A stretch of 64,000 nucleotides of DNA from an uncultured Rhodospirillaceae bacterium. GTDB taxonomy: Bacteria; Pseudomonadota; Alphaproteobacteria; Rhodospirillales; Defluviicoccaceae. The number at the start of each line of letters is the position of its first letter. Within the stretch, counting starts at the first letter, position 1. Where the stretch lies: the NCBI GenBank assembly GCA_964460955.1, contig CAYWRP010000002.1, positions 12,654 through 76,653 on the forward strand. The letters are read 5' to 3'. The notes under the pieces are model-generated. The model searched no databases. It worked only from the letters and a program-made list of their open reading frames with translations, and was not told the origin of the DNA. Positions 1-8,973 of the stretch are shown piece after piece. A program made the translations under genes and the position numbers.

Positions 1-742
1 ACAGGACAACTTGGCGCACCGCTTCCGGCGTCTTGAGTTCGGCTTCGCTGCGGACGATGTAGCGCCGCTTGCCCTCCTCGACATCGCCCGCGGTCAGCGA
101 AATATTCTCGGTGCGCAGGGCGGCCAGAACGTCGGGAATGGTGAGGCCGTATTTGACGAGGCTGGTCGGCTCGACAATGACCTTCAATTCGCGTTCCTGA
201 CCGCCGAATACATTGACGCGGCTGATTCCCGGCGCCCGCTCCAGGCGGTCGCGAAGCACCTCCTTGGCGAAATCGCCATAGGTATGCACCGGCCTCTCGT
301 TGCCCTCGGCGCGGCGCAGGATGAACCAGGCGATGGCTTGATCGTCGCTGCCGGCGGTGTCGAGCGACGGCTCGTCGGCTTCCTCCGGATAGCCGTCCAC
401 TTGATCGAGCCGGTTGGCGACGAGCAGCAGCGCCTTGTCCATGTTCTGGCCGACGGCGAACTCGAGCGTGATCTCGGCGCTGCCATCCTTGGACTCGCTG
501 CGCATTTCCTCGAGCCCTTCGAGCCCGCGCAGCACTTCCTCCTGGCGGATGACGACTTCGCGCTCCGTTTCGGCCGGGGCGGCGCCCGGCCAGTTGGTGC
601 GGATACTGATGACGGGCTGCGACAGATCGGGTGTCAGTTGAATCGGGATCGCCTGCAAGGCGACGATACCGAACAGGATGATCATCAACACCCCCGCCAG
701 AACGGCGGTCGGGCGCTCTATGGCAAGGCGTACCGGGTTCAT
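1..742 (-). CDS. RND efflux permease (AcrB/AcrD/AcrF family), N-terminal part; runs off the window's left edge
   Basis: Not in the ORF track (no stop in window). Manual translation from ATG at 742: MNPVRLAIERPTAVLAGVLMIILFGIVALQAIPIQLTPDLSQPVISIRTNWPGAAPAETEREV, a typical RND N-terminus. ATGA overlap with the MFP stop at 739-741. Confidence 0.9.
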   Translation of the reverse strand, partial: MNPVRLAIERPTAVLAGVLMIILFGIVALQAIPIQLTPDLSQPVISIRTNWPGAAPAETEREVVIRQEEVLRGLEGLEEMRSESKDGSAEITLEFAVGQNMDKALLLVANRLDQVDGYPEEADEPSLDTAGSDDQAIAWFILRRAEGNERPVHTYGDFAKEVLRDRLERAPGISRVNVFGGQERELKVIVEPTSLVKYGLTIPDVLAALRTENISLTAGDVEEGKRRYIVRSEAELKTPEAVRQVVL

Positions 743-1860
743 CCCTGTGGTGGGTTCCCCACCGCGATGGGTTGACCCGGATACAGGCGTTCGTTGCCGC
801 GAACGACCACGAGGTCCTCCTCCGCCAGTCCGTCGCGCACCACGAAGCGGGTGCCGATGGCATCGCCGATGCTTACCGGCCGCAACTGGGCGGTCCCGTC
901 GTCGCCGACAACGAATACTTCGTAGCGCCCCCCCCGATGCAGCACGGCGTCCTTGTGCACGGTCAGCACGTCGCGCTCGCGACCAAGAGGAACATGGATA
1001 ATAACATCCTGGTTGGCCGCGAAGTCATTGTCGGCCGCCAAATCGGCGACGAGGCGTACCACCCGGGTTCTTGTTTGCGGGTTTTCCTCCGGCAGGACGG
1101 CGCGCACCGTCGCCGTGACGCGGGTGCCCGCGATCTCAGCGCCGACGGTGGCGCCGGGCGTCAGCGCGTTGAGCCGAGTGCCGGGCACGTCGGCCTCGAT
1201 CTCCAGGGCCGAATCGTCGACAAGCCGGACAATCGGATCGCCGACGTCGATATATTCGCCAACCTCCGCGTGCGTGTATGTGACGACGCCGTCATAAGGC
1301 GCCCGGATTCGCGCGTCTTCGAGGGCGATTTCGGCCAAATGGGCTTGCGCGCGGGCGCGCGCGAGGTTGCCCCGCGCTCCGGCCAGCCGCGAGCGGGCGA
1401 TCTGCACTTCGCGCGCCTTATCGTCGAACTGACCGAGGCTGAAGGCGGGGGATTCGCGGAGGCCGGCGAGACGCTCGTATTCTTGGCGCCGCAGATCGAG
1501 TTCGGCCTGCGCCGCGGTGACGGCGGCGGCGGCGGCTTCCGCTTCGGCGACCCTCAGATCGCGCTCGGCGGTTAACCGATCGATGTTGAGCCTGGCGATC
1601 ACGTCACCGGCGGCGACCCGGTCGCCGACATCGACCGAGAGCGCTTCGACGAGTCCGTCGGCGCGGGCGGCGACATCGCCGGCCTGGTTGGCGATCAGTC
1701 GGCCGATCACCGGGATCGTCTGCTCGGCGGTCTCAGTCCGCACGGGATCGACGCGGACAACGGTCGGCTGTTCGGCCGTCGCCGCCAGCGAGGCGCCGGC
1801 GCAGACACCGACCAGGATCACGACGGCCGCCAAGACCCGTCTGAAAAGCCTAACTTCCAT
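739..1860 (-). CDS. RND efflux periplasmic adaptor (membrane fusion protein)
   Basis: N-terminal hydrophobic segment, lipoyl-like VDVGDRVAAGDVIARL, coiled-coil hairpin, IRAPYDGVV, C-terminal LVVVRGNERL; coupled to the RND permease. Confidence 0.92.
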   Translation of the reverse strand: MEVRLFRRVLAAVVILVGVCAGASLAATAEQPTVVRVDPVRTETAEQTIPVIGRLIANQAGDVAARADGLVEALSVDVGDRVAAGDVIARLNIDRLTAERDLRVAEAEAAAAAVTAAQAELDLRRQEYERLAGLRESPAFSLGQFDDKAREVQIARSRLAGARGNLARARAQAHLAEIALEDARIRAPYDGVVTYTHAEVGEYIDVGDPIVRLVDDSALEIEADVPGTRLNALTPGATVGAEIAGTRVTATVRAVLPEENPQTRTRVVRLVADLAADNDFAANQDVIIHVPLGRERDVLTVHKDAVLHRGGRYEVFVVGDDGTAQLRPVSIGDAIGTRFVVRDGLAEEDLVVVRGNERLYPGQPIAVGNPPQG

Positions 1861-2233
1861 CGAACACTATCTACCCTGTCCGGCCCGGGTTGGGGTGCCA
1901 ATGTCATCAGCCACGGCCGATAACGGTGGCAATATCCGAGCGGCGCCATGGGCCCGTTAAGCACCACCCTCGCTGGCGTAGATCTAGGTCGGGCGGCGAA
2001 TGACCACAACGCCGCCGCGTTCACAACGCCGAGCGTTCGATGCGCAGATGACGGTTTTTTGATTAGTGCCCGCTCCTTGCTTCGGTTTCTCGCTTCCCGT
2101 TCATGGGATGCGAGGATTGCGAGCCGTGTCTGGTGGCCGCCCGATGCTTCTTGTGACGCACCTCAGGTTTGAACGGTTGCGGCCGACAGGAACTCATCGC
2201 TTGCGCCAGTCAATCCACGGCCATCTGGTCAGG

Positions 2234-4972
2234 TCATGGCGCGCTCCTCGCCGAGCTTGCCCCGTCGATCGCCAGCCGCCGCATCTTTTTTTCGAAACCG
2301 ATGACGATGTAGATAACAAGGCCAACCAACATGATGGATGCCCAGTCGGCAAGGCCGATGGGGGCGGTGTGGAACAGGAGGTTCATCGTCGGCAGATAGG
2401 TGAACAGCAACTGGGCGACGACCATGGCGCCGATGCCGCCCCACACCCACAGGTTGCTGAACAGCCCCAACTGGAACATCGACAGTCTCAGCGAACGGCA
2501 GTTCAACAGGTAAAACGCCTGGCCGACGGCGAAAACATTGACGGCGATCGTTCGCGCCTCGGCGTCGGTGGCATCGTTGTATAGCGCCAATTCGAACAGG
2601 CCGAAGGAGCCTGCCAGGAGCATGAGCCCGACAAGCAGGACGCGGAAACCCAACTCGCTGGAAAGGATGGGAGCGCCCGGATCGCGAGGCGGGCGCTCCA
2701 TGATGCCAATCTCGCGCGGCTCGAAGGCCAATGGGAGACCAAGAAACACGGCGGTGGTCATGTTGATCCACAGGGCCTGGACGGGCAACACGGGGAGTGT
2801 CGCGCCGACGAACACGGCGGCCAGAATCACCAAGCCTTGCCCGGCGTTGGTCGGCAGGATCCAGGTGATGAACTTGATCAGATTATCAAACACGCTGCGG
2901 CCTTCCTCGACCGCGGCCTCGATGGTGGCGAAGTTATCGTCGGTCAGCACCATGCCGGCGGCCTCCTTGGCCACATCGGTGCCGGTAATGCCCATGGCGA
3001 CGCCGATGTCGGCCCGTCGCAGGGCCGGTGCGTCGTTGACGCCGTCGCCTGTCATCGCCACGACGTGACCGCGCGCCTGAAGTGCCTCCACCAACCGGAG
3101 CTTCTGCTCGGGTGTCACCCGCGCGAACACGGCCGTATCTTCCACAAAAGCGGTCAATTCCGCGTCCGACATCGCCTCGATGTCTCTGCCCGTGATGGCG
3201 GCTGCTGGTCGGCCTCCGGGACCGCCGGCGTCCAAACCGATCTGGCCGGCGATGGCTGCGGCCGTGCCAGCGTGATCGCCGGTGATCATCTTCACTCGGA
3301 TGCCGGCGTCATGGCACGCGCGCACCGCGCGCACCGCCTCCTCGCGGGGCGGATCGATCATTCCTTGCAGACCGAGAAAGGTTAGCCCCGAAAGCACACT
3401 CTCATGATCGATCGACGTTGCGCCCGCCGACAACTCTCGGCGGGCGAATGCCAGCACGCGCAACCCCTGAGCCGCCATTTGGTCGACCTGCCGGTGGATG
3501 GCGTCGACATCCAGATCCATCCTTTCCCCAGTCGCTCTCAGAACGCGATTGGAACGCTGCAGGAGGCTTTCCACCGATCCCTTCAGATAGGCGACACGGG
3601 GCTGATCTGGTCCGGCGTCATGCAGTATCGCCATATACTGGTGCCGCGACTCGAACGGAATCGCGTCCAGACGGAGCTGCTCCCTGTGTAACGTCTCTGG
3701 CGAAAGACCAGCCTTGGATGCCGATACGACCAGGGCGCCTTCGGTGGGGTCGCCCTCGATCCGCCAGCCTTCCTCCCCGTGCCTCAGCGAGGAATCGTTA
3801 CAGAGCAGGCCCGCGTGCAGACATTCGAGCAATGCCGGGTTGGCCTGAGGGTCGATGACGCTATCGGATCGCCGGAATTCGCCCTCGGGCGCATAGCCAA
3901 TGCCGGAGACAGTGAACAAGCCGTCGCCCGCCCAAATCTCCTGCACGGTCATTTCGTTGCGGGTGAGGGTGCCAGTCTTGTCGGAGCAGATCACCGTGGT
4001 GCTGCCCAGGGTCTCCACCGCCGGCAGCTTGCGGATAATGGCATGACGCTTTGCCATCCTGGTGACGCCGATGGCCAGGGTGATCGTCAGCACCGCCGGC
4101 AGACCCTCCGGGATCATCGCCACTGCCAAGGCGACCGCGGCCATGAAGGTGCCAACCCAGGGATCACCGTGCCACAGCCCGACCAGAAAGGTGATGGCGG
4201 CCAGACCCAGGATGGCATAAAGCAGGATACGGCTGAACCGAGCAACCTTGCGGGTCAGAGGGGTGGCCAGCACTTCCGCCGTTGCGATCATCTCCGAGAT
4301 CCGGCCGATTTCAGTGCCGTCGCCGGTTGCCGCTACAACGCCCAAACCGGTCCCGTAGGTGATCAAGGTAGACGAGTATGTCATGTTCACCCGGTCGGCC
4401 AACGGGGTGTCGTGTTCCAGAGTGCCGGTGCGCTTATGGACCGGCACCGACTCGCCGGTGAGCGCGGATTCGTCGACCTGGAGTTCGCGGGTACGAAGCA
4501 GCCTAAGATCGGCCGGCACCTTGTCTCCGGATTGCAGCAGCACGAGGTCGCCGGGCACCAACTCGCTCGAATCGACACGCCGGCGCTCGCCCGCCCGCAG
4601 CACGGTGGCCTCGGTCTTCATCGCCTTCGCTAGCGCCTCAATGGCGCTCAGCGCCTTGCTTTCCTGGAGGAAGCCGATAATGGAATTGAGCACGACCACG
4701 CCGAGGATAACCCCGGAATCAACCCATTCACCCAGGAACGCGGTAATCAGCGTCGCCGCGAGCAGGATGTAGACCAGCGCCTGGTGGAACTGGAGCAAGA
4801 AGCGGACCACCGGCCCGTGCCCTTTGCGCATGGTGAGGGCATTGGGTCCGAACTGTTCCTGGCGGCGTTCCACCTCGAAGCTGTCCAGTCCCTTGTCGGG
4901 ATTGGTGTCGAGAAGATCGAGGATCTCTTCAGCCGGCAAATGGTGACAGTGTTTGTCCAGGATGGTTTGCAT
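2234..4972 (-). CDS. P2-type cation-transporting P-type ATPase (CtpF/PMA1-like)
   Basis: DESALTGES, IPEGLP, phosphorylation motif ICSDKTGTLT, KGSVE, MITGDH, MTGDGVNDAPAL; 912 aa. Confidence 0.95.
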   Translation of the reverse strand: MQTILDKHCHHLPAEEILDLLDTNPDKGLDSFEVERRQEQFGPNALTMRKGHGPVVRFLLQFHQALVYILLAATLITAFLGEWVDSGVILGVVVLNSIIGFLQESKALSAIEALAKAMKTEATVLRAGERRRVDSSELVPGDLVLLQSGDKVPADLRLLRTRELQVDESALTGESVPVHKRTGTLEHDTPLADRVNMTYSSTLITYGTGLGVVAATGDGTEIGRISEMIATAEVLATPLTRKVARFSRILLYAILGLAAITFLVGLWHGDPWVGTFMAAVALAVAMIPEGLPAVLTITLAIGVTRMAKRHAIIRKLPAVETLGSTTVICSDKTGTLTRNEMTVQEIWAGDGLFTVSGIGYAPEGEFRRSDSVIDPQANPALLECLHAGLLCNDSSLRHGEEGWRIEGDPTEGALVVSASKAGLSPETLHREQLRLDAIPFESRHQYMAILHDAGPDQPRVAYLKGSVESLLQRSNRVLRATGERMDLDVDAIHRQVDQMAAQGLRVLAFARRELSAGATSIDHESVLSGLTFLGLQGMIDPPREEAVRAVRACHDAGIRVKMITGDHAGTAAAIAGQIGLDAGGPGGRPAAAITGRDIEAMSDAELTAFVEDTAVFARVTPEQKLRLVEALQARGHVVAMTGDGVNDAPALRRADIGVAMGITGTDVAKEAAGMVLTDDNFATIEAAVEEGRSVFDNLIKFITWILPTNAGQGLVILAAVFVGATLPVLPVQALWINMTTAVFLGLPLAFEPREIGIMERPPRDPGAPILSSELGFRVLLVGLMLLAGSFGLFELALYNDATDAEARTIAVNVFAVGQAFYLLNCRSLRLSMFQLGLFSNLWVWGGIGAMVVAQLLFTYLPTMNLLFHTAPIGLADWASIMLVGLVIYIVIGFEKKMRRLAIDGASSARSAP

Positions 4973-5116
4973 GGGCGAGGGAATCCCTTAACGATTGCCT
5001 GGAGATTGGTCCGTATCGGGTCGCGCGCCGGAACCCACGCTTTCGGTCGCATTACCGGTTTCGTGGCTGGTCAAGACAAACTGTCGCCAACTGTCGCCGC
5101 CAATCGAGAGGGTTGC

Positions 5117-6046
5117 TTATGGCGTTTCAAGCGTGACCGGCGATACGAAGCCTCGTGGTTTAATGGCGAGGACGGAGCAGTCCACACGCTGCAAAATCTC
5201 CTCGGCGGTATTGCCAATGATCATTCCCGCCAGCCCGGTTCGGCAGACAGTGCCCATGATGACCACTTCTACGTTCTTTTCCTTGGCAAGCTTTGGGAGC
5301 ACTTCCCAGGTCTCGCCCTTGATAAGGTGAACATTCATCTCCGGGGCGACGCGGTGAAACTTGGCCACGAGGTTGTTCAAGCCGTCTTTATGGCGTGTTT
5401 CTATCTCGGATACGTATTTGGCGACATCGGCGTGGCTTACCGACAAGAAAGGAGAATGCCTTAGGGTTTCCTCGTATGGCACGGACCAAGCATGAACCAC
5501 GTGCAGGGGGCATTCCTCCAGTATGGAAAGAGAGGTTGCCAGTTCCATGATCGTCGTGTTCAAGGCTTGCCCCTCGCTTTCCGCGGCCTCCGGGTCGACG
5601 GCTGCGAGAATACTGCCGGTCGTCTCGCCCAGTCTCGGGCTGATCATCCAGACGGGACACGGGCACTTGCGCATCAATTTCATGTCGGTGCTGCTGAAAA
5701 GAAGCAACTCCGAACTGCTCGACTCCTGCGTTTTCATGACGAGGTCATGTCCGTCACGAAGTACCTGCTTGATGATCTCGATGAAGGCCTTGCCGACGAG
5801 GACACGTGTCTCGACCATCAGGCCCTGCTTGCGGGCGGGCTCGATGAGGATCTTGAGCTGTTCCTCGAGGGCAAGAACGATTTCATCCAGCAATTGGTGG
5901 ACGGATTGTTTGTGTTCCCTCTCTTGGCAAACCGCAACGGTGAGCCGGGCCGCGTTGTCCGAGGCAAGCTGGACCGCCCGTTCAAGGGCTTTATCGTCGC
6001 CGGACGCGGTGGCCGGAACGACGAGAATATTCTTGAATCTCTGCAT
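5117..6046 (-). CDS. Tandem-domain universal stress protein (UspE-like)
   Basis: Starts FKNILVV; two USP domains; LMRKCPCPVW and VIMGTVCRTGLAGMIIGNTAEEILQRVDCSVLAIKP signature; RBS-like AGAGGT upstream. Confidence 0.93.
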   Translation of the reverse strand: MQRFKNILVVPATASGDDKALERAVQLASDNAARLTVAVCQEREHKQSVHQLLDEIVLALEEQLKILIEPARKQGLMVETRVLVGKAFIEIIKQVLRDGHDLVMKTQESSSSELLLFSSTDMKLMRKCPCPVWMISPRLGETTGSILAAVDPEAAESEGQALNTTIMELATSLSILEECPLHVVHAWSVPYEETLRHSPFLSVSHADVAKYVSEIETRHKDGLNNLVAKFHRVAPEMNVHLIKGETWEVLPKLAKEKNVEVVIMGTVCRTGLAGMIIGNTAEEILQRVDCSVLAIKPRGFVSPVTLETP

Positions 6047-6572
6047 GGCTCACTACCTCTTCCGATTTTGGTTCGATCGAGACAATGCCCATTTATCATA
6101 TGCGGTTTTGAAGCTGGAGTCTTTGAAATGAGCGCGCTGTTCAGTCAGCCAGTGAACTGGTTCCGATTTCGAACAGACACATGTATCTGGCCCGATGGGG
6201 TTAAGGGCATCCTTAAGCCGGCGCGAATGCGCGAGATTGAGATCATCGCTGGATAACCGCGGAATATCGCTACAGGCCACACTCGGGACCTGGCCATGGA
6301 AGTCGGAGCGCCGGTTGTCACCTCCATCCGACAGCCGCCTTCTGCAACGCTCTCAACAACGACCGAAGACAATACGAAGACGTCCCAGGGTTGGGGGGGC
6401 GGGAACCCGCTTCAGTCCCTTGCCACAGCCCGCTTGACATCGCGACCGCGGGACGTTGCTTCGGCGTCAAGTCGATTATTTCTGGCCAAGCCATCCATAT
6501 GTTCCTTATATCAGGGGCAAAATAACGTTAATCAATGCGCGACAGACGTCCAGGAACGAGAGCGGCGACTGA

Positions 6573-7502
6573 ATGATAACCCGACTATACACGCACGGCA
6601 TTTGTGAAAAGCACGAGATGGGAGACTGGCACCCGGAGTCGCCGGCACGGCTGCAAGCCATTCTTCGTACGCTTGGTTCCAGTGAGTTCGCCGAACTGGA
6701 CCGCCGCGAGGCGCCGTTGGGAACGTTCAAGCAGATCGAACGGGTGCACGCGCCCTACTATGTCGAGTCACTGTTCGAAAACGTACCGGCCCACGGCCAC
6801 GTGCATCTCGACCCCGACACGGCGATCAACCCGTCCTCGGGCGACGCGGCGCTGCGCGCCGTTGGTGCGTTATGCGAAGCGGTCGACGCCGTGGTCACCG
6901 GCGAGGCCAACAACGCCTTTTGCGCGGTGCGCCCACCCGGGCATCACGCCGAATCCTCCGCCGCGATGGGCTTCTGTCTGTTCAACAACATCGCCATCGG
7001 CGCCGAGCACGCGCGCCACGCGCACGGTCTCGAACGCGTCGCGATGGTCGACTTCGATGTCCATCACGGCAATGGCACGCAGAACCACGTCTTTCGCTAC
7101 CGCGACCTCTTCTATGCCTCCAGCCACCAGTGGCCCTGCTATCCGGGGACCGGCATGGAGCACGAGACGGGCGTGTTCAACAATATTTGCAACGTCACGT
7201 TGCCGCCGGGGAGCGGGTCGGATGAGTTCCGGCAAGGCTATCTGGAACGCATCCTCCCGGCATTGCGCACCTTTCGGCCGGAACTCATTCTGGTCTCGGC
7301 CGGATTCGACGCCCATGTCCGCGATCCCCTCGCCCAGCTTCGCGTGGAAACCGAGGATTTCGCCTGGATCACGCGGCAACTGATGGATGTCGCCGACGAC
7401 CTGTGCCAGGGGCGCATCGTGTCGACCCTCGAGGGCGGTTACGACCTGCAGGCGCTGGCGGCCAGCGCGGGGGTTCACGTCCGCGTGCTGATGGGGCATT
7501 AG
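6573..7502 (+). CDS. Histone deacetylase-family (AcuC-like) Zn amidohydrolase
   Basis: HPESPARL, RPPGHHAE, DFDVHHGNGT, SAGFDAH and LEGGY motifs. Confidence 0.93.
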   Translation: MITRLYTHGICEKHEMGDWHPESPARLQAILRTLGSSEFAELDRREAPLGTFKQIERVHAPYYVESLFENVPAHGHVHLDPDTAINPSSGDAALRAVGALCEAVDAVVTGEANNAFCAVRPPGHHAESSAAMGFCLFNNIAIGAEHARHAHGLERVAMVDFDVHHGNGTQNHVFRYRDLFYASSHQWPCYPGTGMEHETGVFNNICNVTLPPGSGSDEFRQGYLERILPALRTFRPELILVSAGFDAHVRDPLAQLRVETEDFAWITRQLMDVADDLCQGRIVSTLEGGYDLQALAASAGVHVRVLMGH

Positions 7503-7736
7503 CCGCCCGGTCGACCGACGACCTTCGCGGGCCGCCGTCATTCTCGCCCCGCGCCGTGTCGACATTCCTGCAAGGTCGGATCGGTCGTGACATTTATGTC
7601 GCGGCAGCGGTGCGCAATCCGCTCACGGCCCTTGCAACAATTCGAAAAAATCGCGAAAACTCACCATTCGAGGACGTCAGCGCGGCACAAACCGAAACCG
7701 TGCCCGGCAATCGAAAAAATCTGGACCAACAAGGCC

Positions 7737-7988
7737 GTGACCACAGAAACGCCCCAACGCGACATCGCTGACATGAGCTTCGAGGAGGCACTCGCCGAAC
7801 TCGAGGCCATCGTTCGCGGCCTCGAAAGTGGCGAGACCAAGCTCGAAGAGGCCGTCACCGCCTACGAACGCGGGTCTTCTTTGAAGGAGCATTGCGAAGC
7901 GAAGCTGCGCGACGCCCAGTTGCGGGTCGAACAAATCTCCGTCAAGGCGGACGGCGAGGTGACCGCCGAGCCGATCAATCTCGATTGA
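7737..7988 (+). CDS. xseB: Exodeoxyribonuclease VII small subunit
   Basis: MSFEEALAELEAIVRGLESGETKLEEAVTAYERG...CEAKLRDAQLRVEQI; start placed at GTG 7737 (ATG 7773 is an alternative); precedes ispA-dxs. Confidence 0.92.
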   Translation: MTTETPQRDIADMSFEEALAELEAIVRGLESGETKLEEAVTAYERGSSLKEHCEAKLRDAQLRVEQISVKADGEVTAEPINLD

Positions 7989-7993
7989 AACCG

Positions 7994-8884
7994 ATGGCGT
8001 TCGATATCCGGTCCGCGATGGCGGGAAACGCCCGCGACGTCGATGGCATGCTCGATGCCCTGCTGCCGATGCGGCCCGATCCGGAGGCGCGACTCATGGA
8101 AGCCATCCGATACGCCACCTTGTCCGGCGGCAAACGGGTGCGGCCGTTTCTCGTCGTCTGCAGCGCCGATTTGTTCGGGGTAAAAAAGGAGCGCGCGCTG
8201 CGGGTCGCCGCCTCCATCGAGATGATCCACTGCTATTCGCTGATTCACGACGATCTGCCGGCGATGGACAATGACGAGGTGCGCCGCGGCCTGCCGACCT
8301 GCCACGTCAAGTTCGACGAGGCGACGGCGATCCTTGCCGGCGACGCCCTGCTGACGCGCGCTTTCGAGGTCCTTGCCGAGGATGCGACGCACCCCGACCC
8401 GCGGGTGCGCAGCGACCTCGTCGTCTCCGTTGCCAGGGCGGCGGGCGGTAATGGCATGGTGGGCGGCCAGATGCTCGACCTGATGGCGGAAACGGAAGCC
8501 CTGGAAATGGCGGCGGTGACCCGGCTGCAGCGGATGAAGACCGGCGCGCTGATCGCCACGTCGTGCGAGGCGGGGGCGATCCTCGGAAAGGCGAGCGAAC
8601 AGGCCCGCCACGCGCTGCTCGCCTATGCCCATGACCTCGGGCTTGCATTCCAGATCGTCGACGACCTCCTCGACGCGGAGGGCGACGCGGCGGTCGTCGG
8701 CAAGAAAACGGGTAAGGATAGCGGTGCTGGCAAGGCGACCTTCGTTTCGCTGATGGGCCTGGATCGCGCCCGCCACCAGTCACGCATTTTGGCCCAACAG
8801 GCGGTCGACCACCTGGACATATTCAACACCGCCGCCGACGCGCTGCGCGCCCTAGCATGGTTTGTGGTCGACAGAGAGCATTGA
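7994..8884 (+). CDS. ispA: Farnesyl diphosphate synthase / geranyltranstransferase
   Basis: GGKRVRP, SLIHDDLPAMDNDEVRRGLPT, KTGAL and FQIVDDLLD aspartate-rich motifs; start trimmed to ATG 7994. Confidence 0.95.
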   Translation: MAFDIRSAMAGNARDVDGMLDALLPMRPDPEARLMEAIRYATLSGGKRVRPFLVVCSADLFGVKKERALRVAASIEMIHCYSLIHDDLPAMDNDEVRRGLPTCHVKFDEATAILAGDALLTRAFEVLAEDATHPDPRVRSDLVVSVARAAGGNGMVGGQMLDLMAETEALEMAAVTRLQRMKTGALIATSCEAGAILGKASEQARHALLAYAHDLGLAFQIVDDLLDAEGDAAVVGKKTGKDSGAGKATFVSLMGLDRARHQSRILAQQAVDHLDIFNTAADALRALAWFVVDREH

Positions 8885-8973
8885 AGTGGGTTATCCGGAC
8901 AATCATGTCCTGGAAATTGTTTTGTTAATGGGTCCCGACGGATAACAATGGGCGAACGGTAAGGAGAGGCCAC

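Noticed and set aside
5079-5098. 10-bp tandem duplication AACTGTCGCC x2 between USP and ATPase
   Set aside because: Only two copies with no spacers; most likely a local slippage event, not a CRISPR or functional array.
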